A stretch of 64,000 nucleotides of DNA from the human T2T-CHM13v2.0 reference genome, Homo sapiens: the NCBI RefSeq assembly GCF_009914755.1, contig NC_060925.1; one strand, written 5' to 3'. Under the pieces are notes generated by a model. The model had not been told where the DNA came from, ran no database searches, and was given only the letters and a program-made list of their open reading frames with translations. The position numbers and the translations under genes were made by a program. Position 1 is the first letter of the stretch, and the number at the start of each line of letters is the position of its first letter. Below are positions 1 to 13,250 of the stretch, piece by piece.

Positions 1-910
1 AATCAAATGGAATCATTGAACGGAATTGAATGGAATCGTCATCGAATGAATTGACTGCAATCATCCAATGGTCTCGAATGGAATCATCTTCAAATGGAAT
101 GGAATGGAATCATCGCATAGAATCGAATGGAATTATCATCGAATGGAATCGAATGGAATCAACATCCAACGGAAAAAAACGGAATTATCGAATGGAATCG
201 AAGAGAATCATCGAATGGACCCGAATGGAATCATGTAATGGAATGGAATGGAATAATCCATGGACTCGAATGCAATCATCATCGAATGGAATCGAATGGA
301 ATCATCGAATGGACTCGTATGGAATAATCATTGAACGGAATCGAATGGAATCATCATCGGATGGAAATGAATGGAATCATCATCGAATGGAATCGAATAG
401 AATTATGGAATGAAATCCAGTGTGATCATCATCGAATGGACCCGAATGGAATCATCATCCAACGGAAGCTAATGGAATCAACATCGAATGAATCAAATGG
501 AAACACCATCGAATTGAAACGAATGGAATTATCATGAAATTGAAATGGATGGACTCATCATCGAATGGATTAATGGAATCATCGAATAAAATTGATTGAA
601 ATCATCATCGAATGGAATCGAATGGTATCATTGAATGGAATCGAATGGAATCATCATCAGATGGAAATGAATGGAATCGTCATAGAATGGAATCGAATGG
701 ATTCATTGAATGGAATCAGATGGAATCATCGAATGGACTGGAATGGAATCATTGAATGGACTCGAAAGGGATCATGATTGAATGGAATTGAATGGAATCA
801 TCGAATGGTCTCGATTGGAATCATTATCAAATGGAATCGAATGGAATCACCGAATAGAATCGAATGGAACAATCATCGAATGGACTCAAATGGAATTATC
901 CTCAAATGGA

Positions 911-956
911 ATCGAATGGAATTATCGAATGCAATCGAATGGAATTATCGAATGCA
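911..956 (+). repeat. Perfect 2x23-bp tandem repeat within the unit (atcgaatggaattatcgaatgca); example copy
   Basis: Read directly at 911-933 and 934-956. It is reduced to one copy in four units (near 6370, 19390, 22920, 35450). Confidence 0.9.
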
Positions 957-1206
957 ATCGAATAGAATCATCGAATGAACTCGAATGGAATCATCGAATG
1001 GAATGGAATGGAACAGTCAATGAACTCGAATGGAATCATCATTGAATGGAATCGAATGGAATCATCGAGTGGAATCGAATGGAATTATGATCAAATGGAA
1101 TCGAATGTAATCATCATCAAATGGAATCAAAAATAACCATCATCAATTGGTATTGAATGGAATTGTCATCAAATGGAATTCAAAGGAATCATCATCAAAT
1201 GGAACC

Positions 1207-2166
1207 GAATGGAATCCTCATTGAATGGAAATGAAAGGGGTCATCATCTAATGGAATCGCATGGAATCATCATCAAATGGAATCGAATGGAATCATCATC
1301 AAATGGAATCTAATGGAATCATTGAACAGAATTGAATGGAATCGTCATCGAATGAATTGAATGCAATCATCGAATGGTCTCGAATGGAATCATCTTCTAA
1401 TGGAAAGGAATGGAATCATCGCATAGAATCGAATGGAATTATCATCGAATGGAATCGAATGGTATCAACACCAAACGGAAAAAAACGGAATTATCAAATG
1501 GAATCGAAGAGAATCTTCGAACGGACCCGAATGGAATCATCTAATGGAATGGAATGGAATAATCCATGGACTCGAATGCAATCATCATCGAATGGAATCG
1601 AATGGAATCATCGAATGGACTCGAATGGAATAATCATTGAACGGAATCGAATGGAATCATCATCGGATGGAAACGAATGGAATCATCATCGAATGGAAAT
1701 GAAAGGAGTCATCATCTAATGGAATTGCATGGAATCATCATAAAATGGAATCGAATGGAATCAACATCAAATGGAATCAAATGGAATCATTGAACGGAAT
1801 TGAATGGAATCGTCATCGAATGAATTGACTGCAATCATCCAATGGTCTCGAATGTAATCAACTTCAAATGGAATGGAATGGAATCATCGCATAGAATCGA
1901 ATGGAATTATCATCGAATGGAATCGAATGGAATCAACATCAAACGGAAAAAAACGGAATTATCGAATGGAATCGAAGAGAATCATCGAATGGACCCGAAT
2001 GGAATCATCTAATGGAATGGAATGGAATAATCCATGGACTCGAATGCAATCATCATCGAATGGAATCGAATGGAATCATCGAATGGACTCGAATGGAATA
2101 ATCATTGAACGGAATCGAATGGAATCATCATCGGATGGAAATGAATGGAATCATCATCGAATGGAA
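1207..2166 (+). repeat. Internal 468-bp tandem duplication within the 1776-bp unit (subunits B then A); example copy
   Basis: gaatggaaatgaaaggggtc at 1223 matches gaatggaaatgaaaggagtc at 1691. Paired pseudo-ORF starts are 468 apart (1336/1804, 3112/3580, 9159/9627, etc.). B alleles: gaatgc, ttctaatggaaagg, ggtatcaacacc, cttcgaacgg. A alleles: gactgc, ttcaaatggaatgg, ggaatcaacatc, catcgaatgg. Confidence 0.93.
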
Positions 2167-4887
2167 TCGAATAGAATTATGGAATGAAATCCAGTGTGAT
2201 CATCATCGAATGGACCCGAATGGAATCATCATCCAACGGAAGCTAATGGAATCAACATCGAATGAATCAAATGGAAACACCATCGAGTTGAAACGAATGG
2301 AATTATCATGAAATTGAAATGGATGGACTCATCATCGAATGGATTCGAATGGAATCATCGAATAAAATTGATTGAAATCATCATCCAATGGAATCGAATG
2401 GTATCATTGAATGGAATCGAATGGAATCATCATCAGATGGAAATGAATGGAATCGTCATAGAATGGAATCGAATGGATTCATTGAATGGAATCAGATGGA
2501 ATCATCGAATGGACTGGAATGGAATCATTGAATGGACTCGAAAGGGATCATTATTGAATGGAATTGAATGGAATCATCGAATGGTCTCGATTGGAATCAT
2601 TATCAAATGGAATCGAATGGAATCACCGAATAGAATCGAATGGAACAATCATCGAATGGACTCAAATGGAATTATCCTCCAATGGAATGGAATGGAATTA
2701 TCGAATGCAATCGAATGGAATTATCGAATGCAATCGAATAGAATCATCGAATGGACTCGAATGGAATCATCGAATGGAATGGAATGGAACAGTCAATGAA
2801 CTCGAATGGAATCATCATTGAATGGAATCGAATGGAATCATCGAGTGGAATCGAATGGAATTATGATCAAATGGAATCGAATGTAATCATCATCAAATGG
2901 AATCAAAAATAACCATCATCAATTGGTATTGAATGGAATTGTCATCAAATGGAATTCAAAGGAATCATCATCAAATGGAACCGAATGGAATCCTCATTGA
3001 ATGGAAATGAAAGGGGTCATCATCTAATGGAATCGCATGGAATCATCATCAAATGGAATCGAATGGAATCACCATCAAATGGAATCTAATGGAAACATTG
3101 AACAGAATTGAATGGAATCGTCATCGAATGAATTGAATGCAATCATCGAATGGTCTCGAATGGATTCATCTTCTAATGGAAAGGAATGGAATCATCGCAT
3201 AGAATCGAATGGAATTATCATCGAATGGAATCGAATGGTATCAACACCAAACGGAAAAAAACGGAATTATCGAATGGAATCGAAGAGAATCTTCGAACGG
3301 ACCCGAATGGAATCATCTAATGGAATGGAATGGAATAATCCATGGACTCGAATGCAATCATCATCGAATGGAATCGAATGGAATCATCGAATGGACTCGA
3401 ATGGAATAATCATTGAACGGAATCGATTGGAATCATCATCGGATGGAAACGAATGGAATCATCATCGAATGGAAATGAAAGGAGTCATCATCTAATGGAA
3501 TTGCATGGAATCATCATAAAATGGAATCGAATGGAATCAACATCAAATGGAATCAAATGGAATCATTGAACGGAATTGAATGGAATCGTCATCGAATGAA
3601 TTGACTGCAATCATCCAATGGTCTCGAATGGAATCATCTTCAAATGGAATGGAATGGAATCATCGCATAGAATCGAATGGAATTATCATCGAATGGAATC
3701 GAAGGGAATCAACATCCAACGGAAAAAAACGGAATTATCGAATGGAATCGAAGAGAATCATCGAATGGACCCGAATGGAATCATGTAATGGAATGGAATG
3801 GAATAATCCATGGACTCGAATGCAATCATCATCGAATGGAATCGAATGGAATCATCGAATGGACTCGAATGGAATAATCATTGAACGGAATCGAATGGAA
3901 TCATCATCGGATGGAAATGAATGGAATCATCATCGAATGGAATCGAATAGAATTATGGAATGAAATCCAGTGTGATCATCATCGAATGGACCCGAATGGA
4001 ATCATCATCCAACGGAAGCTAATGGAATCAACATCGAATGAATCAAACGGAAACACCATCGAATTGAAACGAATGGAATTATCATGAAATTGAAATGGAT
4101 GGACTCATCATCGAATGGATTCGAATGGAATCATCGAATAAAATTGATTGAAATCATCATCGAATGGAATCGAATGGTATCATTGAATGGAATCGAATGG
4201 AATCATCATCAGATGGAAATGAATGGAATCGTCATAGAATGGAATCGAATGGATTCATTGAATGGAATCAGATGGAATCATCGAATGGACTGGAATGGAA
4301 TCATTGAATGGACTCGATAGGGATCATTATTGAATGGAATTGAATGGAATCATCGAATGGTCTCGATTGGAATCATTATCAAATGGAATCGAATGGAATC
4401 ACCGAATAGAATCGAATGGAACAATCATCGAATGGACTCAAATGGAATTATCCTCAAATGGAATCGAATGGAATTATCGAATGCAATCGAATGGAATTAT
4501 CGAATGCAATCGAATAGAATCATCGAATGGACTCGAATGGAATCATCGAATGGAATGGAATGGAACAGTCAATGAACTCGAATGGAATCATCATTGAATG
4601 GAATCGAATGGAAACATCGAGTGGAATCGAATGGAATTATGATCAAATGGAATCGAATGTAATCATCATCAAATGGAATCAAAAATAACCATCATCAATT
4701 GGTATTGAATGGAATTGTCATCAAATGGAATTCAAAGGAATCATCATCAAATGGAACCGAATGGAATCCTCATTGAATGGAAATGAAAGGGGTCATCATC
4801 TAATGGAATCGCATGGAATCATCATAAAATGGAATCGAATGGAATCAACATCAAATGGAATCAAATGGAATCATTGAACGGAATTGA

Positions 4888-7850
4888 ATGGAATCGTCAT
4901 CGAATGAATTGGATGCAATCATCGAATGGTCTCGAATGGAATCTTCTTCAAATGGAATGGAATGGAATCATCGCATAGAATCGAATGGAATTATCATCGA
5001 ATGGAATCGAATGGAATCAACATCAAACGGAAAAAAACGGAATTATCGAATGGAATCGAAGAGAATCATCGAATGGACCCGAATGGAATCATCTAATGGA
5101 ATGGAATGGAATAATCCATGGACTCGAATGCAATCATCATCGAATGGAACCGAATGGAATCATCGAATGAACTCGAATGGAATCATCATTGAATGGAATC
5201 GAATGGAATCATCGAGTGGAATCGAATGGAATTATGATCAAATGGAATCGAATGTAATCATCATCAAATGGAATCAAAAATAACCATCATCAATTGGTAT
5301 TCAATGGAATTGTCATCAAATGGAATTCAAAGGAATCATCATCAAATGGAACGGAATGGAATCCTCATTGAATGGAAATGAAAGGGGTCATCATCTAATG
5401 GAATCACATGGAATCATCATCAAATGGAATCGAATGGAATCTTCATCAAATGGAATCTAATGGAATCATTGAACAGAATTGAATGGAATCGTCATCGAAT
5501 GAATTGAATGCAATCATCGAATGGTCTCGAATGGAATCATCTTCTAATGGAAAGGAATGGAAACATCGCATAGAATCGAATGGAATTATCATCGAATGGA
5601 ATCGAATGGTATCAACACCAAACGGAAAAAAACGGGATTATCGAAAGGAATCGAAGAGAATCTTCGAACGGACCCGAATGGAATCATCTAATGGAATGGA
5701 ATGGAATAATCCATGGACTCGAATGCAATCATCATCGAATGGAATCGAATGGAATCATCGAATGGACTCGAATGGAATAATCATTGAACGGAATCGAATG
5801 GAATCATCATCGGATGGAAATGAATGGAATCATCATCGAATGGAATCGAATAGAATTATGGAATGAAATCCAGTGTGATCATCATCGAATGGACCCGAAT
5901 GGAATCATCATCCAACAGAAGCTAATGGAATCAACATCGAATGAATCGAATGGAAACACCATCGAATTCAAACGAATGGAATTACCATGAAATTGAAATG
6001 GATGGACTCATCATCGAATGGATTCGGATGGAATCATCGAATAAAATTGATTGAAATCATCATCGAATGAAATCGAATGGTATCATTGAATGGAATCGAA
6101 TGGAATCATCATCAGATGGAAATGAATGGAATCGTCATAGAATGGAATCGAATGGATTCATTGAATGGAATCAGATGGAATCATCGAATGGACTGGAATG
6201 GAATCATTGAATGGACTCGAAAGGGATCATGATTGAATGGAATTGAATGGAATCATCGAATGGTCTCGATTGGAATCATTATTAAATGGAATCGAATGGA
6301 ATCAACGAATAGAATCGAATGGAACAATCATCGAATGGACTCAAATGGAATTATCCTTAAATGGAATCGAATGGAATTATCGAATGCAATCGAATAGAAT
6401 CATCGAATGGACTCGAATGGAATCATCGAATGGAATGGAATGGAACAGTCAATGAACTCGAATGGAATCATCATTGAATGGAATCGAATGGAATCATCGA
6501 GTGGAATCGAATGGAATTATGATCAAATGGAATCGAATCTAATCATCATCAAATGGAATCAAAAATAACCATCATCAATTGGTATTGAATGGAATTGTCA
6601 TCAAATGGAATTCAAAGGAATCATCATCAAATGGAACCGAATGGAATCCTCATTGAATGGAAATGAAAGGGGTCATCATCTAATGGAATCGCATGGAATC
6701 ATCATCAAATGGAATCGAATGGAATCATCATCAAATGGAATCTAATGGAATCATTGAACAGAATTGAATGGAATCGTCATCGAATGAATTGAATGCAATC
6801 ATCGAATGGTCTCGAATGGAATCATCTTCTAATGGAAAGGAATGGAATCATCGCTTAGAATCGAATGGAATTATCATCGAATGGAATCGAATGGTATCAA
6901 CACCAAACGGAAAAAAACGGAATTATCGAATGGAATCGAAGAGAATCTTCGAACGGACCCGAATGGAATCATCTAATGGAATGGAATGGAATAATCCATG
7001 GACTCGAATGCAATCATCATCGAATGGAATCGAATGGAATCATCGAATGGACTCGAATGGAATAATCATTGAACGGAATCGAATGGAATCATCATCGGAT
7101 GGAAACGAATGGAATCATCATCGAATGGAAATGAAAGGAGTCATCATCTAATGGAATTGCATGGAATCATCATAAAATGGAATCGAATGGAATCAACATC
7201 AAATGGAATCAAATGGAATCATTGAACGGAATTGAATGGAATCGTCATCGAATGAATTGACTGCAATCATCGAATGGTCTCGAATGTAATCACATTCTAA
7301 TGGAAAGGAATGGAATCATCGCATAGAATCGAATGGAATTAACATTGAATGGACTCGAATGGAATCAACATCAAACGGAATCAAGCGGAATTATCGAATG
7401 GAATCGAAGAGAATCATCGAATGGTCTCGAATGGAATCATCTTCTAATGGAAAGGAATGGAATCATCGCATAGAATCGAATGGAATTAACATTGAATGGA
7501 CTCGAATGGAATCAACATCAAATGGAATCAAGCGGAATTATCGAATGAAATCGAAGAGAATCATCGAATGGACTCGAATGGAATCATCTAATGGAATGGA
7601 ATGGAATAATCCACGGACTCGAATGCAATCATCATCGTATAGAATCGAATGGAATCATCGAATGGACTCGAATGGAATAATCATTGAACGGAAGCGAATG
7701 GAATCATCATCGGATGGAAACGAATGGAATCATCATCGAATGGAAATGAAAGGAGTCATCATCTAATGGAATTGCATGGAATCATCATAAAATGGAATCG
7801 AATGGAATCAAAATCAAATGGAATCAAATGGAATCATTGAACGGAATTGA
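4888..7850 (+). repeat. Structurally rearranged HSat2 block, copy 1 (595-bp truncated unit, 1285-bp unit, 468-bp subunit, divergent 615-bp subunit)
   Basis: Subunit starts at 4888, 5483, 6768, 7236 and 7851 give lengths 595, 1285, 468 and 615, explaining the landmark spacings of 1903 and 2368. Confidence 0.88.
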
Positions 7851-9699
7851 ATGGAATCGTCATCGAATGAATTGACTGCAATCATCGAATGGTCTCGAAT
7901 GGAATCATCTTCAAATGGAATGGAATGGAATCATCGCATAGAATCGAATGGAATTATCATCGAATGGAATCGAATGGAATCAACATCAAACGGAAAAAAA
8001 CGGAATTATCGAATGGAATCGAAGAGAATCATCGAATGGACCCGAATGGAATCATCTAATGGAATGGAATGGAATAATCCATGGACTCGAATGCAATCAT
8101 CATCCAATGGAATCGAATGGAATCATCGAATGGACTCGAATGGAATAATCATTGAACGGAATCGAATGGAATCATCATCGGATGGAAATGAATGGAATCA
8201 TCATCGAATGGAATCGAATAGAATTATGGAATGAAATCCAGTGTGATCATCATCGAATGGACCCGAATGGAATCATCATCCAACGGAAGCTAATGGAATC
8301 AACATCGAATGAATCGAATGGAAACACCATCGAATTGAAACGAATGGAATTATCATGAAATTGAAATGGATGGACTCATCATCGGATGGATTCGAATGGA
8401 ATCATCGAATAAAATTGATTGAAATCATCATCCAATGGAATCGAATGGTATCATTGAATGGAATCGAATGGAATCATCATCAGATGGAAATGAATGGAAT
8501 CGTCATAGAATGGAATCGAATGGATTCATTGAATGGAATCAGATGGAATCATCGAATGGACTGGAATGGAATCATTGAATGGACTCGAAAGGGATCATGA
8601 TTGAATGGAATTGAATGGAATCATCGAATGGTCTCGATTGGAATCATTATCAAATGGAATCGAATGGAATCACCGAATAGAATCGAATGGAACAATCATC
8701 GAATGGACTCAAATGGAATTATCCTCAAATGGAATCGAATGGAATTATCGAATGCAATCGAATGGAATTATCGAATGCAATCGAATAGAATCATCGAATG
8801 GACTCGAATGGAATCATCGAATGGAATGGAATGGAACAGTCAATGAACTCGAATGGAATCATCATTGAATGGAATCGAATGGAATCATCGAGTGGAATCG
8901 AATGGAATTATGATCAAATGCAATCGAATGTAATCCTCATCAAATGGAATCAAAAATAACCATCATCAATTGGTATTGAATGGAATTGTCATCAAATGGA
9001 ATTCAAAGGAATCATCATCAAATGGAACCGAATGGAATCCTCATTGAATGGAAATGAAAGGGGTCATCATCTAATGGAATCGCATGGAATCATCATCAAA
9101 TGGAATCGAATGGAATCATCATCAAATGGAATCTAATGGAATCATTGAACAGAATTGAATGGAATCGTCATCGAATGAATTGAATGCAATCATCGAATGG
9201 TCTCGAATGGAATCATCTTCTAATGGAAAGGAATGGAATCATCGCATAGAATCGAATGGAATTATCATCGAATGGAATCGAATGGTATCAACACCAAACG
9301 GAAAAAAACGGAATTATCGAATGGAATCGAAGAGAATCTTCGAACGGACCCGAATGGAATCATCTAATGGAATGGAATGGAATAATCCATGGACTCGAAT
9401 GCAATCATCATCGAATGGAATCGAATGGAATCATCGAATGGACTCGAATGGAATAATCATTGAACGGAATCGAATGGAATCATCATCGGATGGAAACGAA
9501 TGGAATCATCATCGAATGGAAATGAAAGGAGTCATCATCTAATGGAATTGCATGGAATCATCATAAAATGGAATCGAATGGAATCAACATCAAATGGAAT
9601 CAAATGGAATCATTGAACGGAATTGAATGGAATCGTCATCGAATGAATTGACTACAATCACCGAATGGTCTCGAATGGAATCATCTTCAAATGGAATGG

Positions 9700-12600
9700 A
9701 ATGGAATCATCGCATAGAATCGAATGGAATTATCATCGAATGGAATCGAATGGAATCAACATCAAACGGAAAAAAACAGAATTATCGTATGGAATCGAAG
9801 AGAATCATCGAATGGACCCGAATGGAATCATCTAATGGAATGGAATGGAATAATCCATGGACTCGAATGCAATCATCATCGAATGGAATCGAATGGAATC
9901 ATCGAATGGACTCGAATGGAATAATCATTGAACGGAATCGAATGGAATCATCATCGGATGGAAATGAATGGAATCATCATCGAATGGAATCGAATAGAAT
10001 TATGGAATGAAATCCAGTGTGATCATCATCGAATGGACCCGAATGGAATCATCATCCAACGGAAGCTAATGGAATCAACATCGAATGAATCGAATGGAAA
10101 CACCATCGAATTGAACCGAATGGAATTATCATGAAATTGAAATGGATGGACTCATCATCGAATGGATTCGAATGGAATCATCGAATAAAATTGATTGAAA
10201 TCATCATAGAATGGAATCGAATGGTATCATTGAATGGAATCGAATGGAATCATCATCAGATGGAAATGAATGGAATCGTCATAGAATGGAATCGAATGGA
10301 TTCATTGAATGGAATCAGATGGAATCATCGAATGGACTGGAATGGAATCATTGAATGGACTCGAAAGGGATCATGATTGAATGGAATTGAATGGAATCAT
10401 CGAATGGTCTCGATTGGAATCATTATCAAATGGAATCGAATGGAATCACCGAATAGAATCGAATGGAACAATCATCGAATGGACTCAAATGGAATTATCC
10501 TCAAATGGAATGGAATGGAATTATCGAATGCAATCGAATGGAATTATCGAATGCAATCGAATAGAATCATCGAATGGACTCGAATGGAATCATCGAATGG
10601 AATGGAATGGAACAGTCAATGAACTCGAATGGAATCATCATTGAATGGAATCGAATGGAATCATCGAGTGGAATCGAATGGAATTATGATCAAATGGAAT
10701 CGAATGTAATCATCATCAAATGGAATCAAAAATAACCATCATCAATTGGTATTGAATGGAATTGTCATCAAATGGAATTCAAAGGAATCATCATCAAATG
10801 GAACCGAATGGAATCCTCATTGAATGGAAATGAAAGGGGTCATCATCTAATGGCATCGCATGGAATCATCATCAAATGGAATCGAATGGAATCATCATCA
10901 AACGGAATCTAATGGAATCATTGAACAGAATTGAATGGAATGGTCATCGAATGAATTGAATGCAATCATCGAATGGTCTCGAATGGAATCATCTTCTAAT
11001 GGAAAGGAATGGAATCATCGCATAGAATCGATTGGAATTATCATCGAATGGAATCGAATGGTATCAACACCAAACGGAAAAAAACGGAATTATCGAATGG
11101 AATCGAAGAGAATCTTCGAACGGACCCGAATGGAATCATCTAATGGAATGGAATGGAATAATCCATGGACTCGAATGCAATCATCATCGAATGGAATCGA
11201 ATGGAATCATCGAATGGACTCGAATGGAATAATCATTGAACGGAATCGAATGGAATCATCATCGGATGGAAACGAATGGAATCATCATCGAATGGAAATG
11301 AAAGGAGTCATCATCTAATGGAATTGCATGGAATCATCATAAAATGGAATCGAATGGAATCAACATCAAATGGAATCAAATGGAATCATTGAACGGAATT
11401 GAATGGAATCGTCATCGAATGAATTGACTGCAATCATCCAATGGTCTCGAATGGAATCATCTTCAAATGGAATGGAATGGAATCATCGCATAGAATCGAA
11501 TGGAATTATCATCGAATGGAATCGAATGGAATCAACATCAAACGGAAAAAAACAGAATTATCGTATGGAATCGAAGAGAATCATCGAATGGACCCGAATG
11601 GAATCATCTAATGGAATGGAATGGAATAATCCATGGACTCGAATGCAATCATCATCGAATGGAATCGAATGGAATCATCGAATGGACTCGAATGGAATAA
11701 TCATTGAACGGAATCGAATGGAATCATCATCGGATGGAAATGAATGGAATCATCATCGAATGGAATCGAATAGAATTATGGAATGAAATCCAGTGTGATC
11801 ATCATCGAATGGACCCGAATGGAATCATCATCCAACGGAAGCTAATGGAATCAACATCGAATGAATCGAATGGAAACACCATCGAATTGAACCGAATGGA
11901 ATTATCATGAAATTGAAATGGATGGACTCATCATCGAATGGATTCGAATGGAATCATCGAATAAAATTGATTGAAATCATCATAGAATGGAATCGAATGG
12001 TATCATTGAATGGAATCGAATGGAATCATCATCAGATGGAAATGAATGGAATCGTCATAGAATGGAATCGAATGGATTCATTGAATGGAATCAGATGGAA
12101 TCATCGAATGGACTGGAATGGAATCATTGAATGGACTCGAAAGGGATCATGATTGAATGGAATTGAATGGAATCATCGAATGGTCTCGATTGGAATCATT
12201 ATCAAATGGAATCGAATGGAATCACCGAATAGAATCGAATGGAACAATCATCGAATGGACTCAAATGGAATTATCCTCAAATGGAATGGAATGGAATTAT
12301 CGAATGCAATCGAATGGAATTATCGAATGCAATCGAATAGAATCATCGAATGGACTCGAATGGAATCATCGAATGGAATGGAATGGAACAGTCAATGAAC
12401 TCGAATGGAATCATCATTGAATGGAATCGAATGGAATCATCGAGTGGAATCGAATGGAATTATGATCAAATGGAATCGAATGTAATCATCATCAAATGGA
12501 ATCAAAAATAACCATCATCAATTGGTATTGAATGGAATTGTCATCAAATGGAATTCAAAGGAATCATCATCAAATGGAACCGAATGGAATCCTCATTGAA

Positions 12601-13250
12601 TGGAAATGAAAGGGGTCATCATCTAATGGCATCGCATGGAATCATCATCAAATGGAATCGAATGGAATCATCATCAAACGGAATCTAATGGAATCATTGA
12701 ACAGAATTGAATGGAATGGTCATCGAATGAATTGAATGCAATCATCGAATGGTCTCGAATGGAATCATCTTCTAATGGAAAGGAATGGAATCATCGCATA
12801 GAATCGATTGGAATTATCATCGAATGGAATCGAATGGTATCAACACCAAACGGAAAAAAACGGAATTATCGAATGGAATCGAAGAGAATCTTCGAACGGA
12901 CCCGAATGGAATCATCTAATGGAATGGAATGGAATAATCCATGGACTCGAATGCAATCATCATCGAATGGAATCGAATGGAATCATCGAATGGACTCGAA
13001 TGGAATAATCATTGAACGGAATCGAATGGAATCATCATCGGATGGAAACGAATGGAATCATCATCGAATGGAAATGAAAGGAGTCATCATCTAATGGAAT
13101 TGCATGGAATCATCATAAAATGGAATCGAATGGAATCAACATCAAATGGAATCAAATGGAATCATTGAACGGAATTGAATGGAATCGTCATCGAATGAAT
13201 TGACTGCAATCATCCAATGGTCTCGAATGGAATCATCTTCAAATGGAATG
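9700..13250 (+). repeat. Recent tandem duplication of a single 1776-bp unit
   Basis: Two adjacent units share otherwise rare alleles exactly 1776 bp apart: aaacagaattatcgtat, ttgaaccgaa, atcatagaat, tggcatcgc, aaacggaatct, ggaatggtcat and atcgattggaatta. Confidence 0.85.

Noticed and set aside
580-790. Possible DUX4 sites (tgattgaaatc, tgattgaatgg) and a polyadenylation-like aataaa once per unit
   Set aside because: Neither matches the full TGATTRRRTTA consensus, and an isolated AATAAA in AT-rich satellite is not evidence of function. DUX4 association with HSATII is known but cannot be assigned to these positions from sequence alone.
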